From the NCBI GenBank assembly GCA_023898605.1, contig CP060230.1, forward strand, positions 321,304 through 385,303: a DNA stretch of 64,000 bases. Reading direction: 5' to 3'. Every line of letters starts with the position of its first letter. Position 1 is the first letter of the stretch. The notes beneath the pieces are model-generated. The model saw nothing but the letters and a program-made list of their open reading frames with translations, ran no database searches and was not told the DNA's origin. The position numbers and the translations under genes were made by a program. This document shows, in pieces, positions 1 through 9,266 of the stretch. The DNA comes from Candidatus Nomurabacteria bacterium (GTDB lineage Bacteria > Patescibacteriota > Minisyncoccia > Phycocordibacterales > UBA9973).

Positions 1-1147
1 GCGGTTGAGAAACCTGAACTTCATACCCTTCTCTTCTCATATTCTCCAAGAGTACCGCGATGTGCATCTCTCCTCTACCGTAAACTTTGTAACCTTCTAT
101 CTGTCTATCTGGATCTGGTTCAAAGTCCACTCTTAGTCCGACATTCATCTCTAATTCTTTTTCTAGTCTTTCTTTTATCTGTCTTGATGTCACAAACTTA
201 CCCTCTCTACCTGCAAACGGTGAATTGTTAACAAGAAAATCTAGTACGATAGTTGGCTCGTCTATAGAAATCATAGGTAGAGATTCTCCACTTTTGTCTA
301 CAAGAATAGTTTCTCCGATAAATATATCTGGAATACCAGCGAGTATAACTATGTCTCCCGCCATTGCCTCTTTTACTTCTTCTCTTTTCATACCAACAAA
401 AGTAAATAGTTTTGTTATCTTCGCAGATCTTGTTTCTCCGTTTTGATTTTTTACAAAAACTGTTTCTCCTGTTTTTGCCACACCTTCATAAACTCTACCG
501 ACAGCAAGTCTTCCTAGGAAGTTATCGTACGCAAGATTGAAAGCCTGCATCTTGAATGGTTTAGTTATGTCGTTTAGAGCAACTGGCACTTTTTCTAAAA
601 TAGTTTCAAAAAGAGGTTCAAGGTCAACCCTAGGATCATCTTCTTTCTTCATGGCAACTCCGTCTCTACCTATGGCGTATATAGTTGTGAAATCAAGTTG
701 TTCTTCTGTGGCACCAAGTTCCATAAATAGTTCAAAAACTTGATCGTGTGCTTCGCTTGGATTAGCACCGGGCTTGTCTATTTTGTTTAGTACAACGATT
801 GGTTTTAATCCGAGTTCTAGAGATTTTTTCAAAACAAACCTAGTCTGTGGCATTGGTCCTTCTTGTGCATCGACAATCAAAAGAACTGAGTCTATAGATC
901 TCAAAACTCTTTCTACTTCACTTCCAAAATCGGCGTGACCTGGTGTATCGACTATGTTTATTTTTGTTCCCTTATATTCTACAGAGGTGTTTTTGGCATA
1001 TATGGTTATACCCCTTTCTTTCTCTAGCTGATTTGAGTCCATAGAAGAACCCTCTTCTAGAGCACCGCAAAAAGACAACATCTTGTCTGTAAGAGTTGTT
1101 TTACCGTGGTCAACGTGAGCAATTATCGCAATGTTTCTAATCTCCAT
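1..1147 (-). CDS. typA: GTP-binding protein TypA/BipA; partial, the C-terminal part lies beyond the window start
   Basis: The minus-strand translation begins MEIRNIAIIAHVDHGKTTLTD...MDSNQLEKERGITI, a translational GTPase G-domain. The ATG is at 1145-1147 and there is no stop before position 1. Confidence 0.8.
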   Translation of the reverse strand, partial: MEIRNIAIIAHVDHGKTTLTDKMLSFCGALEEGSSMDSNQLEKERGITIYAKNTSVEYKGTKINIVDTPGHADFGSEVERVLRSIDSVLLIVDAQEGPMPQTRFVLKKSLELGLKPIVVLNKIDKPGANPSEAHDQVFELFMELGATEEQLDFTTIYAIGRDGVAMKKEDDPRVDLEPLFETILEKVPVALNDITKPFKMQAFNLAYDNFLGRLAVGRVYEGVAKTGETVFVKNQNGETRSAKITKLFTFVGMKREEVKEAMAGDIVILAGIPDIFIGETILVDKSGESLPMISIDEPTIVLDFLVNNSPFAGREGKFVTSRQIKERLEKELEMNVGLRVDFEPDPDRQIEGYKVYGRGEMHIAVLLENMRREGYEVQVSQP

Positions 1148-1467
1148 TTGATTGATATTATTTATATTTCTAACTTTTATGTACGGCCTTTTCTGTACTG
1201 TTTATACTTGCCCTTCCGTAGCTTTATGCGAAGGAGGGTTTCTAATCTCCATATATTTTGTCCAAAAACAAAAAGGCCAAGGCCTTTCTAATCTAGACCC
1301 AAAATATACTACAAAAACAACATTTTATCAATAAAAGGCAGTTTGAATAAAATTAAAAATAATATAGTATAAAAACCAAGGCCTTAAGCCAATGTGGTCC
1401 CAACGTTTTGCAAAGCAAAAGTACGGGACCCCGACTAAAGCGTCGGGGCTCAGTTGGTCCCATTCGA

Positions 1468-1540
1468 GCCGATATAGCTCAGGTAGTAGAGCATTCCCAT
1501 GGTAAGGGAAAGGTCATCAGTGCAAATCTGATTATCGGCT
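1468..1540 (+). tRNA. tRNA-Thr (anticodon GGT)
   Basis: Cloverleaf read by eye: acceptor GCCGATA/TATCGGC, D-arm AGCTCAGGTAGTAGAGC, anticodon loop ATGGTAA, T-arm GGTCATCAGTGCAAATCTGATT. No CCA is encoded. Confidence 0.7.
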
Positions 1541-1699
1541 CGAACGGGATAAATTACGCACCCCAATAAAGGATTGGTTCAACTTGCCCCGTACAAAATT
1601 TATTTTGTTTGGGGTCCCGGCCATTGGCTCAAAAACCTACCAGAGTAAGATAAAGGTTGAAAAATAGACGTAAAAATGCTATTTTTTGTGTTGCACCAT

Positions 1700-1773
1700 C
1701 TCGGGGTAGCTCAGTTGGTTAGAGCGCAGGACTCATAAGCCTGAGGTCGAGGGTTCGACCCCCTCCCCCGAGA
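1700..1773 (+). tRNA. tRNA-Met (anticodon CAT); elongator type, or Ile2
   Basis: Acceptor CTCGGGG/CCCCGAG with a paired 1:72, D-arm GCTCAGTTGGTTAGAGC, anticodon loop CTCATAA, T-arm GAGGGTTCGACCCCCTC. Confidence 0.7.
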
Positions 1774-1937
1774 CAATCCTAGTATTTTCGTACATATTAT
1801 GATAATCTAGGAAAACACAATTTTTATTGTTGCAGAATTGTTTTGCAGCAGTTCAACTTCTGACTAAACTGCAGCGAGCACCCATCAAGGCGCCAAGTTG
1901 TAGTGATAGTTAAAAATTGATTCTGTAAAATATATAT

Positions 1938-2011
1938 GCAGCGGTAGCTCAACTGGTTAGAGCACCCGCCTGTCACGCGGGAGGTTGCGGGTTCAAGTCC
2001 CGTCCGCTGCG
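1938..2011 (+). tRNA. tRNA-Asp (anticodon GTC)
   Basis: Acceptor GCAGCGG/CCGCTGC, anticodon stem-loop CCCGC-CTGTCAC-GCGGG, T-arm GCGGGTTCAAGTCCCGT. Confidence 0.8.
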
Positions 2012-2070
2012 CACAGAGAAGTTTTTCTTCTCTAAAAAAAATATCGATAGTTTAAAAATATATAGATATA

Positions 2071-2128
2071 GCGGGGTAGAGAAATGGTGTCTCCCTAGGA
2101 GACTAATGCGCTCATAACCTTGAGAAGG
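2071..2128 (+). pseudogene. Truncated duplicate of the downstream tRNA(CAT), carrying a 16-nt palindromic insertion and lacking the T-arm
   Basis: 2071-2093 is identical to the 5' part of the tRNA at 2170 (GCGGGGTAGAGAAATGGTGTCTC). It is followed by GTCTCC-CTA-GGAGAC, then GCTCATAACCTTGAGAAGG, then unrelated sequence. Confidence 0.45.
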
Positions 2129-2169
2129 TGTTGAAAGAATTAATAATTGTGATAGTTTAAAAAGTATAT

Positions 2170-2240
2170 AGCGGGGTAGAGAAATGGTGTCTCGCAAGGC
2201 TCATAACCTTGAGAAGGCGGTTCGATTCCGTCCCCCGCAA
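2170..2240 (+). tRNA. tRNA with CAT anticodon (Met, fMet or Ile2). A 1:72 A-A mismatch suggests it may be the initiator.
   Basis: Anticodon stem-loop CAAGG-CTCATAA-CCTTG, T-arm GGCGGTTCGATTCCGTC, acceptor AGCGGGG/CCCCGCA. Confidence 0.65.
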
Positions 2241-2275
2241 CAACAAAAACAAAACCCCCTTTCGGGGGTTTTGTT

Positions 2276-2854
2276 TTATATAAATCCTAGATCTCTGAAA
2301 ACTGCTTCGAAGTTTCTTATGGCTTCATCTGCAGTGTGTCTCGATAGTTCAAAATTCATACCGTCGTGAGCTATCCTGTTTCTGACTTTGTGTGCCTCCC
2401 ACGCGCTATTTAGATATGGAAAGTCTGATGGTTCTATACTCTTGAGCCTCTCACCCAAATTCTCTCCCTTGTAACCCGCTCTTACAATAAGCTCATCTAG
2501 AATTGTATCTGCTTCAACTATAGCAATTCTCCAATCTGTATCTTTGTCACTTTGCATCAAAGTTTTTATTCTCTCCCATCTTTCGTTTTTATGTATTTCT
2601 GAAGGTTTGCTCTTTATCATTGCGTCATCATGCAAGGACTTTTCTTTCTTTTCTTTTTTTCTATTACCTTCATATATTCTGACAAGTGTGTAGCATATAA
2701 CTGTAATAAGAACGAGAAGTATAACCTTGAATATAAACTCGGCTATAGAAAAATCTCTGTTTTTTGTAAATATAGAAACAACCCACTTGAAAAACAAATA
2801 AAGTTTATAAAAAAGGTATTCAAGATTTAGAAAATTTGGAGAAAATCCTTCCAT
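2276..2854 (-). CDS. Hypothetical membrane-anchored protein with a C-terminal HEPN-like Rx4H motif
   Basis: 192-aa ORF with an N-terminal hydrophobic helix (VILLVLITVICYTLV) and a C-terminal ...AHKVRNRIAHDG... that fits the Rx4-6H HEPN signature. Confidence 0.4.
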   Translation of the reverse strand: MEGFSPNFLNLEYLFYKLYLFFKWVVSIFTKNRDFSIAEFIFKVILLVLITVICYTLVRIYEGNRKKEKKEKSLHDDAMIKSKPSEIHKNERWERIKTLMQSDKDTDWRIAIVEADTILDELIVRAGYKGENLGERLKSIEPSDFPYLNSAWEAHKVRNRIAHDGMNFELSRHTADEAIRNFEAVFRDLGFI

Positions 2855-2856
2855 AA

Positions 2857-4296
2857 TTACTTGATAGAAGACTCTAGGTCTTCTGCTATTTCAAATAAAG
2901 CATCATCTTCATACTTTGGTCCCATAAACTGCACGCCCATTGGTAGATCATTCTTGTTTCTCTCAAACGGTATAGATATTGCTGGAACACCTGCGATGTT
3001 TGCAGGTACGGTAAAGAGGTCTGACATCTTGATCGCAACTGGGTCGTCTATTTTTTCACCACTTCTAAACGGAGGAAACGGAGAAGTTGGTGTAAATATG
3101 ACATCAACATAATCTGGATTGGACTTATCAAATACATCTTCCAATTCTTTTGTTATAGCAAACTGCATATCAAGCGCTTTCCTATAGTATGCATCGTAAT
3201 ATCCATGAGAAAGTATATAAGTTCCAAGAAGAACTCTCCTTCTTGTTTCCATACCGAATCCTTCTCCTCTACTTCTCGCATAAATATCGAAAAGTGTATC
3301 TCCGTCCTTTCTCCTACCGTAACGCATACCGTCATATCTAGAAAGGTTACTAGATGCTTCTGCTGGCATAAGTATATAGTAAACAGCCAGAGAGTACTCT
3401 GTCATAGGAAGTGAGATGTTTACTATTTCGTAACCTTTGTCCTCCAATATTTTTACCGCTTTTTCAAAAGACTCTTTTATGTCAGTACTTACACCCTCAC
3501 CGTTTATCCAGTCTTTTGGAACACCGATCTTTTTTATTTTTCTTGGTTTTATATCTTTTGTATATTCTGGAGAAATAGAGTTGGCATCTTGTTTATCGAA
3601 AAAAGAAAGTGCTTTATACAAAACAAAAGCGTCTTTTACATTTTTGGCTATTGGACCAATTTGATCTAGAGAAGAAGCGAGAGACATGAGTCCGTATCTA
3701 GAAACAAACCCATATGTCGGCTTGAATCCTACAAGGTCACAGAATGCTGCCGGCTGTCTTATAGAACCACCGGTGTCTGATCCTAAGGAAACAAGAGCTC
3801 CATCCATGGCAACAGCTGCTGCTGAGCCACCACTAGAGCCTCCTGGTACATAATCTAGGTTTATAGGGTTTTTTGTTCTTCCAAAAGCAGATGTTTCTGT
3901 AGAAGATCCCATGGCAAACTCGTCCATGTTTGTTCTGCCTAGAAATACAGCGCCTTTGTGTCTTAGTCTTGCAACAACAGAAGAATCGTAGTTTGCTCTG
4001 TAGTGTTCTAGTATCTTTGAAGATGCGCTAGAAATTTTACCTTTGAAAAGTATGTTGTCTTTGAGTGCAATCGGTATACCTGTTATAAGTTCAGCTGTTC
4101 CGTCTTCAAACTTTTTGTCAGCATCTTTTGCTTGAGCTAGAACATCGTCATAAACCTCTAGATAAGCGTTTGTGTCTTTGTTTTTTAGTTCTATGTTTTC
4201 AAGATATGCTTGTGCAAGTTTTACTGCTGTAATCTTCCTAGATTTCATCAGTTCATGAGCAGTTTTTATATCTAGATTTCTAAGGTCTATATCCAT
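2857..4296 (-). CDS. gatA: Glutamyl-tRNA(Gln) amidotransferase subunit A
   Basis: Amidase signature GGSSGGSAAAVA and a Ser-cisSer-Lys type core; 479 aa. Confidence 0.9.
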   Translation of the reverse strand: MDIDLRNLDIKTAHELMKSRKITAVKLAQAYLENIELKNKDTNAYLEVYDDVLAQAKDADKKFEDGTAELITGIPIALKDNILFKGKISSASSKILEHYRANYDSSVVARLRHKGAVFLGRTNMDEFAMGSSTETSAFGRTKNPINLDYVPGGSSGGSAAAVAMDGALVSLGSDTGGSIRQPAAFCDLVGFKPTYGFVSRYGLMSLASSLDQIGPIAKNVKDAFVLYKALSFFDKQDANSISPEYTKDIKPRKIKKIGVPKDWINGEGVSTDIKESFEKAVKILEDKGYEIVNISLPMTEYSLAVYYILMPAEASSNLSRYDGMRYGRRKDGDTLFDIYARSRGEGFGMETRRRVLLGTYILSHGYYDAYYRKALDMQFAITKELEDVFDKSNPDYVDVIFTPTSPFPPFRSGEKIDDPVAIKMSDLFTVPANIAGVPAISIPFERNKNDLPMGVQFMGPKYEDDALFEIAEDLESSIK

Positions 4297-4300
4297 ACAA

Positions 4301-4576
4301 TTACAAAACTTTCTTTACAACAAAATAACCGCTCTCCGACTCTGGAGCTTCTCTCAAAATACCTTCTGTGTATTCACCTTTTGGTCTCGGGTCAGTGTCT
4401 TCTCTTCTTATGTTTGTCATAGGAAATTCCTTCTTGAGACCACTTAGATCAACCTCTTGAATCTGATCTACATAAGAAAGAACCTGGCCTAGATCCTTGG
4501 CGATAGATTCTACCTCGTCTGGAGAAAGCTGTATTCTTGCCAAATCAGCCAAATATTTAACCTTTTCTTTGTCCAT
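4301..4576 (-). CDS. gatC: Glutamyl-tRNA(Gln) amidotransferase subunit C
   Basis: 91-aa protein MDKEKVKYLADLARIQLSPDEVE... lying immediately upstream of gatA. Confidence 0.8.
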   Translation of the reverse strand: MDKEKVKYLADLARIQLSPDEVESIAKDLGQVLSYVDQIQEVDLSGLKKEFPMTNIRREDTDPRPKGEYTEGILREAPESESGYFVVKKVL

Positions 4577-4824
4577 AAGAGAAATTATACATTATTTGAA
4601 CCTTTTTTCGAGTATTTGACAAAAAGAAATATCATGATAATGTAAAGAAAAATTGCACCCATTATGAAAATAAATAAAGAACTTGCCTTGAGATATATAG
4701 GCAACCCAAAATTCTGTTCTTCTTCCGAAGCACTTCAGTACGCCAAGGGGGTTGGAGACTCAGATGTCTGGCAAACTGTCCTTGGGAGAGCTGATGTTCA
4801 GGAGTATCTCCAAGAAGATTAGCA

Positions 4825-4847
4825 AAAAGCGGGTAAACCCCGCTTTT
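4825..4847. terminator. Bidirectional rho-independent terminator downstream of ligA
   Basis: AAAAGCGGGTAAACCCCGCTTTTTTT hairpin with a U-run. Confidence 0.5.
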
Positions 4848-4848
4848 T

Positions 4849-6900
4849 TTATTTTACTAATTTCAAAAATTCTGCTTCCGAGATTGTTTTTACACCCAGT
4901 TTTTTTGCGTCATCAAGTTTGCTTCCAGGATTTTCTCCCAAAAGCACAAAGTCAGTTAGTTTAGAAACAGAACTTGTCACCTTGCCACCATTTTTCTTAA
5001 TCAAATCTTTGGCTTCGTCTCTAGAAAGAGTTGGAAGTGTACCGGTTAGAACAAAAGTTTTTCCAGAAAAAGTTTTTGTCGAACCAGAAAACTTTGTTTC
5101 ATCTATAAATATTTCTATTTCAGAAAACAGATCTTTTAGGAATTCTTGGTTTTTTTTATCAGAGAAATACTCAACAAAACTTCTTGCGCCTTCTTCTCCT
5201 ATGCCATATATAGATTCTATGTCTTCAAACGTAAGACTTGTTAGGATTTTATAATAATCATTGGCTTTACTTCCCCACTTTTGGAATATTTCTTTTTCTA
5301 TTATTTCAGCTCCTTCTTCTCCTATGTGGAGTATCCCTATGGCATAAAGAAGGTTATTTAGTTCTATTTTTCTACTTTCATCGATAGACTTTACGAGGTT
5401 CTCTGCGCTTTTTTCTCCAAATCTTTCTAGTACATCTATATCGCCCGTTTTTAGTCTGTATATACTTTCTGGAGTATCAATAAGACCGAGATCATAAAAT
5501 CTTTCTATTTGTTTTTCTCCAAAACCTACGATATTCGCACCCTTTTTGGAAACAAAATGTTTTAGTCTCTCTATTTCTCTCTTGTAGCAATTTTTATTTG
5601 TGCAGTACCAAGCAGCTGAAACCTTGCCAGAAGTGGTATTTTTCTTTTCTAGTAGAGACCCACATATAGGGCAGTTTTTTGGCATTTTGAATGACTTTTC
5701 TTTGCCAGTCCGTAAGTCCTTTAGGACTGAAACTATTTCTGGTATAACATCGCCTGCTTTTCTCAAGATAACAGTGTCGCCTATCTTTACATCTAGTCTT
5801 TCTATTTCTTCTTCGTTGTGAAGAGTTGCCCTAGAAACAAGTGACCCTGCGATTCTGACAGGTCTTAGTTCCGCTACAGGAGTAATGGCTCCAGTTCTAC
5901 CGACTTGGACCGTTATCTTTTCTAGAACTGTTGTAGTTTCTTCTGCTTTGAATTTATAAGCTATCCCAAATCTTGGTGCCTTGGATGTATATCCTAGAGA
6001 ATCATATTTTTCAACTTCAGAAACTTTTATAACTATTCCATCCACGCCATATTCTTTGTCCTCTCTGAGATCATTTTCTTTTTGATAAAACTTTTCTACT
6101 TCGTCTATATTTTTTGCCACATAAAAGTTTTTGTTTATAGGTAATCCTAGGTCAGAAAGTTTTAGTAGTATATCTTTTTGAGTTTTTATATCTTGGAAAT
6201 CATCAAAATTTTCTATCGAATAGAAGAAAACTTGTATATTTCTCGAACGAGTTACAGACGGATCTAGCTGACGTAAACTTCCAGCTGCAGCATTTCTAGT
6301 ATTGGCAAAAAGTGGAAGCTCTTCTTTTTCTCTTTCTTTGTTTAGTTTCAGAAGATCACTTTTCTTCATCCACGCTTCTCCGACAACTGTAACGTCAACT
6401 TTTTGGTTCAATTTTTTTGGGATAGAATCTATAGCCATAACACTATGTGTTATATCTTCTCCGACTTCACCGTCTCCTCTTGTTGCACCAAGTACCAGCT
6501 CTCCTCCTTTGTAAGTAACTATTATTTTCAATCCGTCTATTTTTTCTTCGCAAACATAACTCATGGAAGTATCTAGATCATCTCCAGATAGAATTTTTTT
6601 CAATCTTTCTTCCCATGCTGTAAGCTCATCAAAATCAAAAACGTTATTGTAAGAATACTGAGGATAGATATGTTTTACCTTGGTGAATTTTTCTACTGGA
6701 GCCCCGCCGACTTTTGAAGTTGGCGAGTTTAGCGCCATGTTAGGATATTTCTCTTCCAATGCCAAAAGCTCAGAAACGAGAGCATCATATGCCTCGTCGC
6801 TTATTTCTGGCGAATCTTTTTCGTGATACAACCCTCTATGATAGTCGATTATACTAGAGAGTTTTTTTGCCCTCTCTTTATCCTTTTTCGGTATATCCAT
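4849..6900 (-). CDS. ligA: NAD-dependent DNA ligase
   Basis: 683 aa. Contains the adenylation lysine motif KIDGLKI, an OB fold, a zinc finger CPICGS...C, HhH repeats and a C-terminal BRCT domain. Confidence 0.9.
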   Translation of the reverse strand: MDIPKKDKERAKKLSSIIDYHRGLYHEKDSPEISDEAYDALVSELLALEEKYPNMALNSPTSKVGGAPVEKFTKVKHIYPQYSYNNVFDFDELTAWEERLKKILSGDDLDTSMSYVCEEKIDGLKIIVTYKGGELVLGATRGDGEVGEDITHSVMAIDSIPKKLNQKVDVTVVGEAWMKKSDLLKLNKEREKEELPLFANTRNAAAGSLRQLDPSVTRSRNIQVFFYSIENFDDFQDIKTQKDILLKLSDLGLPINKNFYVAKNIDEVEKFYQKENDLREDKEYGVDGIVIKVSEVEKYDSLGYTSKAPRFGIAYKFKAEETTTVLEKITVQVGRTGAITPVAELRPVRIAGSLVSRATLHNEEEIERLDVKIGDTVILRKAGDVIPEIVSVLKDLRTGKEKSFKMPKNCPICGSLLEKKNTTSGKVSAAWYCTNKNCYKREIERLKHFVSKKGANIVGFGEKQIERFYDLGLIDTPESIYRLKTGDIDVLERFGEKSAENLVKSIDESRKIELNNLLYAIGILHIGEEGAEIIEKEIFQKWGSKANDYYKILTSLTFEDIESIYGIGEEGARSFVEYFSDKKNQEFLKDLFSEIEIFIDETKFSGSTKTFSGKTFVLTGTLPTLSRDEAKDLIKKNGGKVTSSVSKLTDFVLLGENPGSKLDDAKKLGVKTISEAEFLKLVK

Positions 6901-6913
6901 GTATTTTTAGTAC

Positions 6914-7402
6914 TTAAAACGAGAATAGTGGGTATGTGACCCTGAGGGCCCTTTCTACAACAAGCGGAGAGATCCCCACCTCCTCACAAGACTTATTATA
7001 GCCGAAAGACTCGATTTTTGTATAAAGGCCACCTTCGTCCTCAAAACCCTTGTCTATACGGACATCTGCACACCAAGAATCAGCTGCGAGTTTGAACCTA
7101 TACTGTGTATCTCCTGGATCATCTTTGGTTACAGTTCCAGAAACCCCACCGCAAGTGAGAGATGTGGCAAAAGAGGCCGTAGCAGAAACGGGAAAAGCGC
7201 TCTCTGCTCTATCATGATAGAGCGCACATTCTACACCCCTATCTGCCGCAAAGAAAGACAAGTCTGACTCCTGAGCAACTCTAGAAAGAACAATTTCTTT
7301 ATAAGAGATTCGAGTTATACCAACAACCATGAGAAGTATCACAGATGCTAGAAGTACTGTGTAGAGTGCAATGAATCCAGATTGTTTGTTTTTGTTTTTC
7401 AT
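6914..7402 (-). CDS. Hypothetical pilin-like protein; non-canonical prepilin N-terminus
   Basis: N-terminal KQSGFIALYTVLLASVILL hydrophobic helix preceded by G. It is the first gene downstream of the minor pilin set. Confidence 0.35.
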   Translation of the reverse strand: MKNKNKQSGFIALYTVLLASVILLMVVGITRISYKEIVLSRVAQESDLSFFAADRGVECALYHDRAESAFPVSATASFATSLTCGGVSGTVTKDDPGDTQYRFKLAADSWCADVRIDKGFEDEGGLYTKIESFGYNKSCEEVGISPLVVERALRVTYPLFSF

Positions 7403-7405
7403 AAT

Positions 7406-7963
7406 CTAAAATAATGGATCTATCCAGTTCATCAAAAATGTATAATTTTCTTCAGAGTAAACATTTTCTCCTTGCTTCCAATAAACAGTTGAGAAAACTT
7501 CGACTTCTTGATTCCCCGAACCAATATCTTTGACAGTTATAACTCTAGTAAACGGAGAAATTTCTCCTCCAGAACTATATCCATACGCACCGTTATCTAT
7601 ATATAAAGCTTGGCAACCAAGTTCCGCGTCTGCATCACAAGAAATGACATCTTTTGGAAAATATGGATCTACTGCACAACCAGAAGAACATTCACCCATA
7701 AGAGTTGCAAAATCAGACCAACCAAGAGCTGGATCTATAAGATAGCTATCTCTTATGTTTCTTATCATCTCTACTCCTTCACTTGCCAAGTGGCTCGCGA
7801 TGGCTTTGTTCTTGGCATACCTTAGGTTAGATGCGCCAGCAGAAGAAACGATTATCATACCCGCAACAGAAGACATGAGTATAAGTATTGCAACCAAAGT
7901 TTCTATCAAGGTAAATCCTCTTTGTGAGTTTTTATTTATATTTTTGAAAAGTTTATATTTCAT
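7406..7963 (-). CDS. Type IV minor pilin (prepilin-type N-terminal cleavage/methylation domain)
   Basis: N-terminal QRGFTLIETLVAILILM, a class III signal. Confidence 0.65.
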   Translation of the reverse strand: MKYKLFKNINKNSQRGFTLIETLVAILILMSSVAGMIIVSSAGASNLRYAKNKAIASHLASEGVEMIRNIRDSYLIDPALGWSDFATLMGECSSGCAVDPYFPKDVISCDADAELGCQALYIDNGAYGYSSGGEISPFTRVITVKDIGSGNQEVEVFSTVYWKQGENVYSEENYTFLMNWIDPLF

Positions 7964-8606
7964 AATCTATAAATCTAAGTGAGACTGTTGATTGATAAGA
8001 AAACGGTGAAGTGTAATCTTTGTAAGTTGCATAACCAGAAAGTGTGATTGTCACATATGGCTGTATACCATCTACTCCGGTACCGAAAACCAAGAATCTA
8101 GTCTCCTGTGGATCTAGATAAACATTGTTTGGTAGAAGTGGTAGATATGTATTACCACCGTCTCTAGAACGGTATATTTTTGCATTTTCCCCTTTTGTAA
8201 CTATTTTATAAGAGAATTGATCAAAAGGAGTTTCTTCGTCGCCATAAGCAGATTCGAACGATATACCCCAGTTACCAAAATCCGGATCACAATCAGCGGG
8301 ACTTGGAACAGTTTCGCTATCTAGTATCGGATCAGAAAAACTGGCTGGATAGTCTCCTGTTTCTGGGTAAGAAGCTCCGGAATCACATCTTATATAAAGA
8401 GCTGTTCTTGTATTCCTAGTTATGTCTTCAAGTGTATAAGACACAGCATCTAGAGAACTTTTGATAGACTCGGATCTTCTATAGCTGAAGTTTGAACTAA
8501 GCAGCGCACCGATGGCAGAAATCATGATTATGGTAAACAAAGAAACAGCAACTAGCACCTCTGCCAGTGTAAAACCTTTTTGATTTTTGTTTGCATGATT
8601 TATCAT
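7953..8606 (-). CDS. Type IV minor pilin
   Basis: N-terminal QKGFTLAEVLVAVSLFTIIM. Confidence 0.65.
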   Translation of the reverse strand: MINHANKNQKGFTLAEVLVAVSLFTIIMISAIGALLSSNFSYRRSESIKSSLDAVSYTLEDITRNTRTALYIRCDSGASYPETGDYPASFSDPILDSETVPSPADCDPDFGNWGISFESAYGDEETPFDQFSYKIVTKGENAKIYRSRDGGNTYLPLLPNNVYLDPQETRFLVFGTGVDGIQPYVTITLSGYATYKDYTSPFSYQSTVSLRFIDYEI

Positions 8607-9265
8607 ATTTCCAGTTTTTGTGTATTTATTCTACCAACAAGATCTACAGAAGAAGACCAAGAAAGACTCTGATCAGTATTTGATTTAAGTGTTACAACAA
8701 CGCTGTTACAAGGAAGCTCTAGATCGTCTAAAGAAACACAAGAAATTCTGGGCGCTGGGTCAGGCCTTGTAAAAAGGATGGTAACTTCTTTCAATTTGCA
8801 TTCTGGTTCTGCTGTTCCTCCAAAAAATGCACAGATAGAATCTATCTCAATATCTGGATCATCTATGTTTATATAATCTAGACACTCTCCAGACGAACAT
8901 GACCCTATCGCTCCATCTAGGTCAAAAAGTCCGTTTCTTGGGAAGTTGTCTGCAAATTTATAGAAACCTTTTTTATCTTCGCTGTTGAAATATATCCCAT
9001 AAGAAGGTGCAGAAGCAGAATCGTAAGGAAGCCCATAAGAGAACAAATCACTACCCAAAACCCCAGAAACGGCTTGTAGTTGTGTCTCTCTTATATAAAG
9101 AGAGACTTCTTGCGCCAAGTTTTGAAGTGCAACGTTTCTATCAAAAGTTCTGTAACGAAACAAAACAACAAAACTCATAGAGGCAAATATACTTACCACA
9201 ACGATAAGCTCGATAAAGGTCATACCTTTTTCCTCATTTATGTTTTGTTTCAAAAAATTAAACAT
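8603..9265 (-). CDS. Type IV minor pilin
   Basis: N-terminal EKGMTFIELIVVVSIFASM. Confidence 0.6.
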   Translation of the reverse strand: MFNFLKQNINEEKGMTFIELIVVVSIFASMSFVVLFRYRTFDRNVALQNLAQEVSLYIRETQLQAVSGVLGSDLFSYGLPYDSASAPSYGIYFNSEDKKGFYKFADNFPRNGLFDLDGAIGSCSSGECLDYINIDDPDIEIDSICAFFGGTAEPECKLKEVTILFTRPDPAPRISCVSLDDLELPCNSVVVTLKSNTDQSLSWSSSVDLVGRINTQKLEI

Positions 9266-9266
9266 T

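Noticed and set aside
2071-2128. First tRNA(CAT) copy considered as an intron-containing or split tRNA
   Set aside because: The downstream copy is complete on its own. The upstream copy lacks both the 5' anticodon-stem strand and the T-arm, so it cannot fold as a tRNA. It is treated as a decayed duplicate.
4664-4822. Possible 52-aa small ORF (MKINKELALRYIGNPKF...) between gatC and ligA ending right at a terminator
   Set aside because: It has no Shine-Dalgarno sequence, a short length, and the terminator is already explained as ligA's. Kept only as a low-confidence candidate, not a feature.
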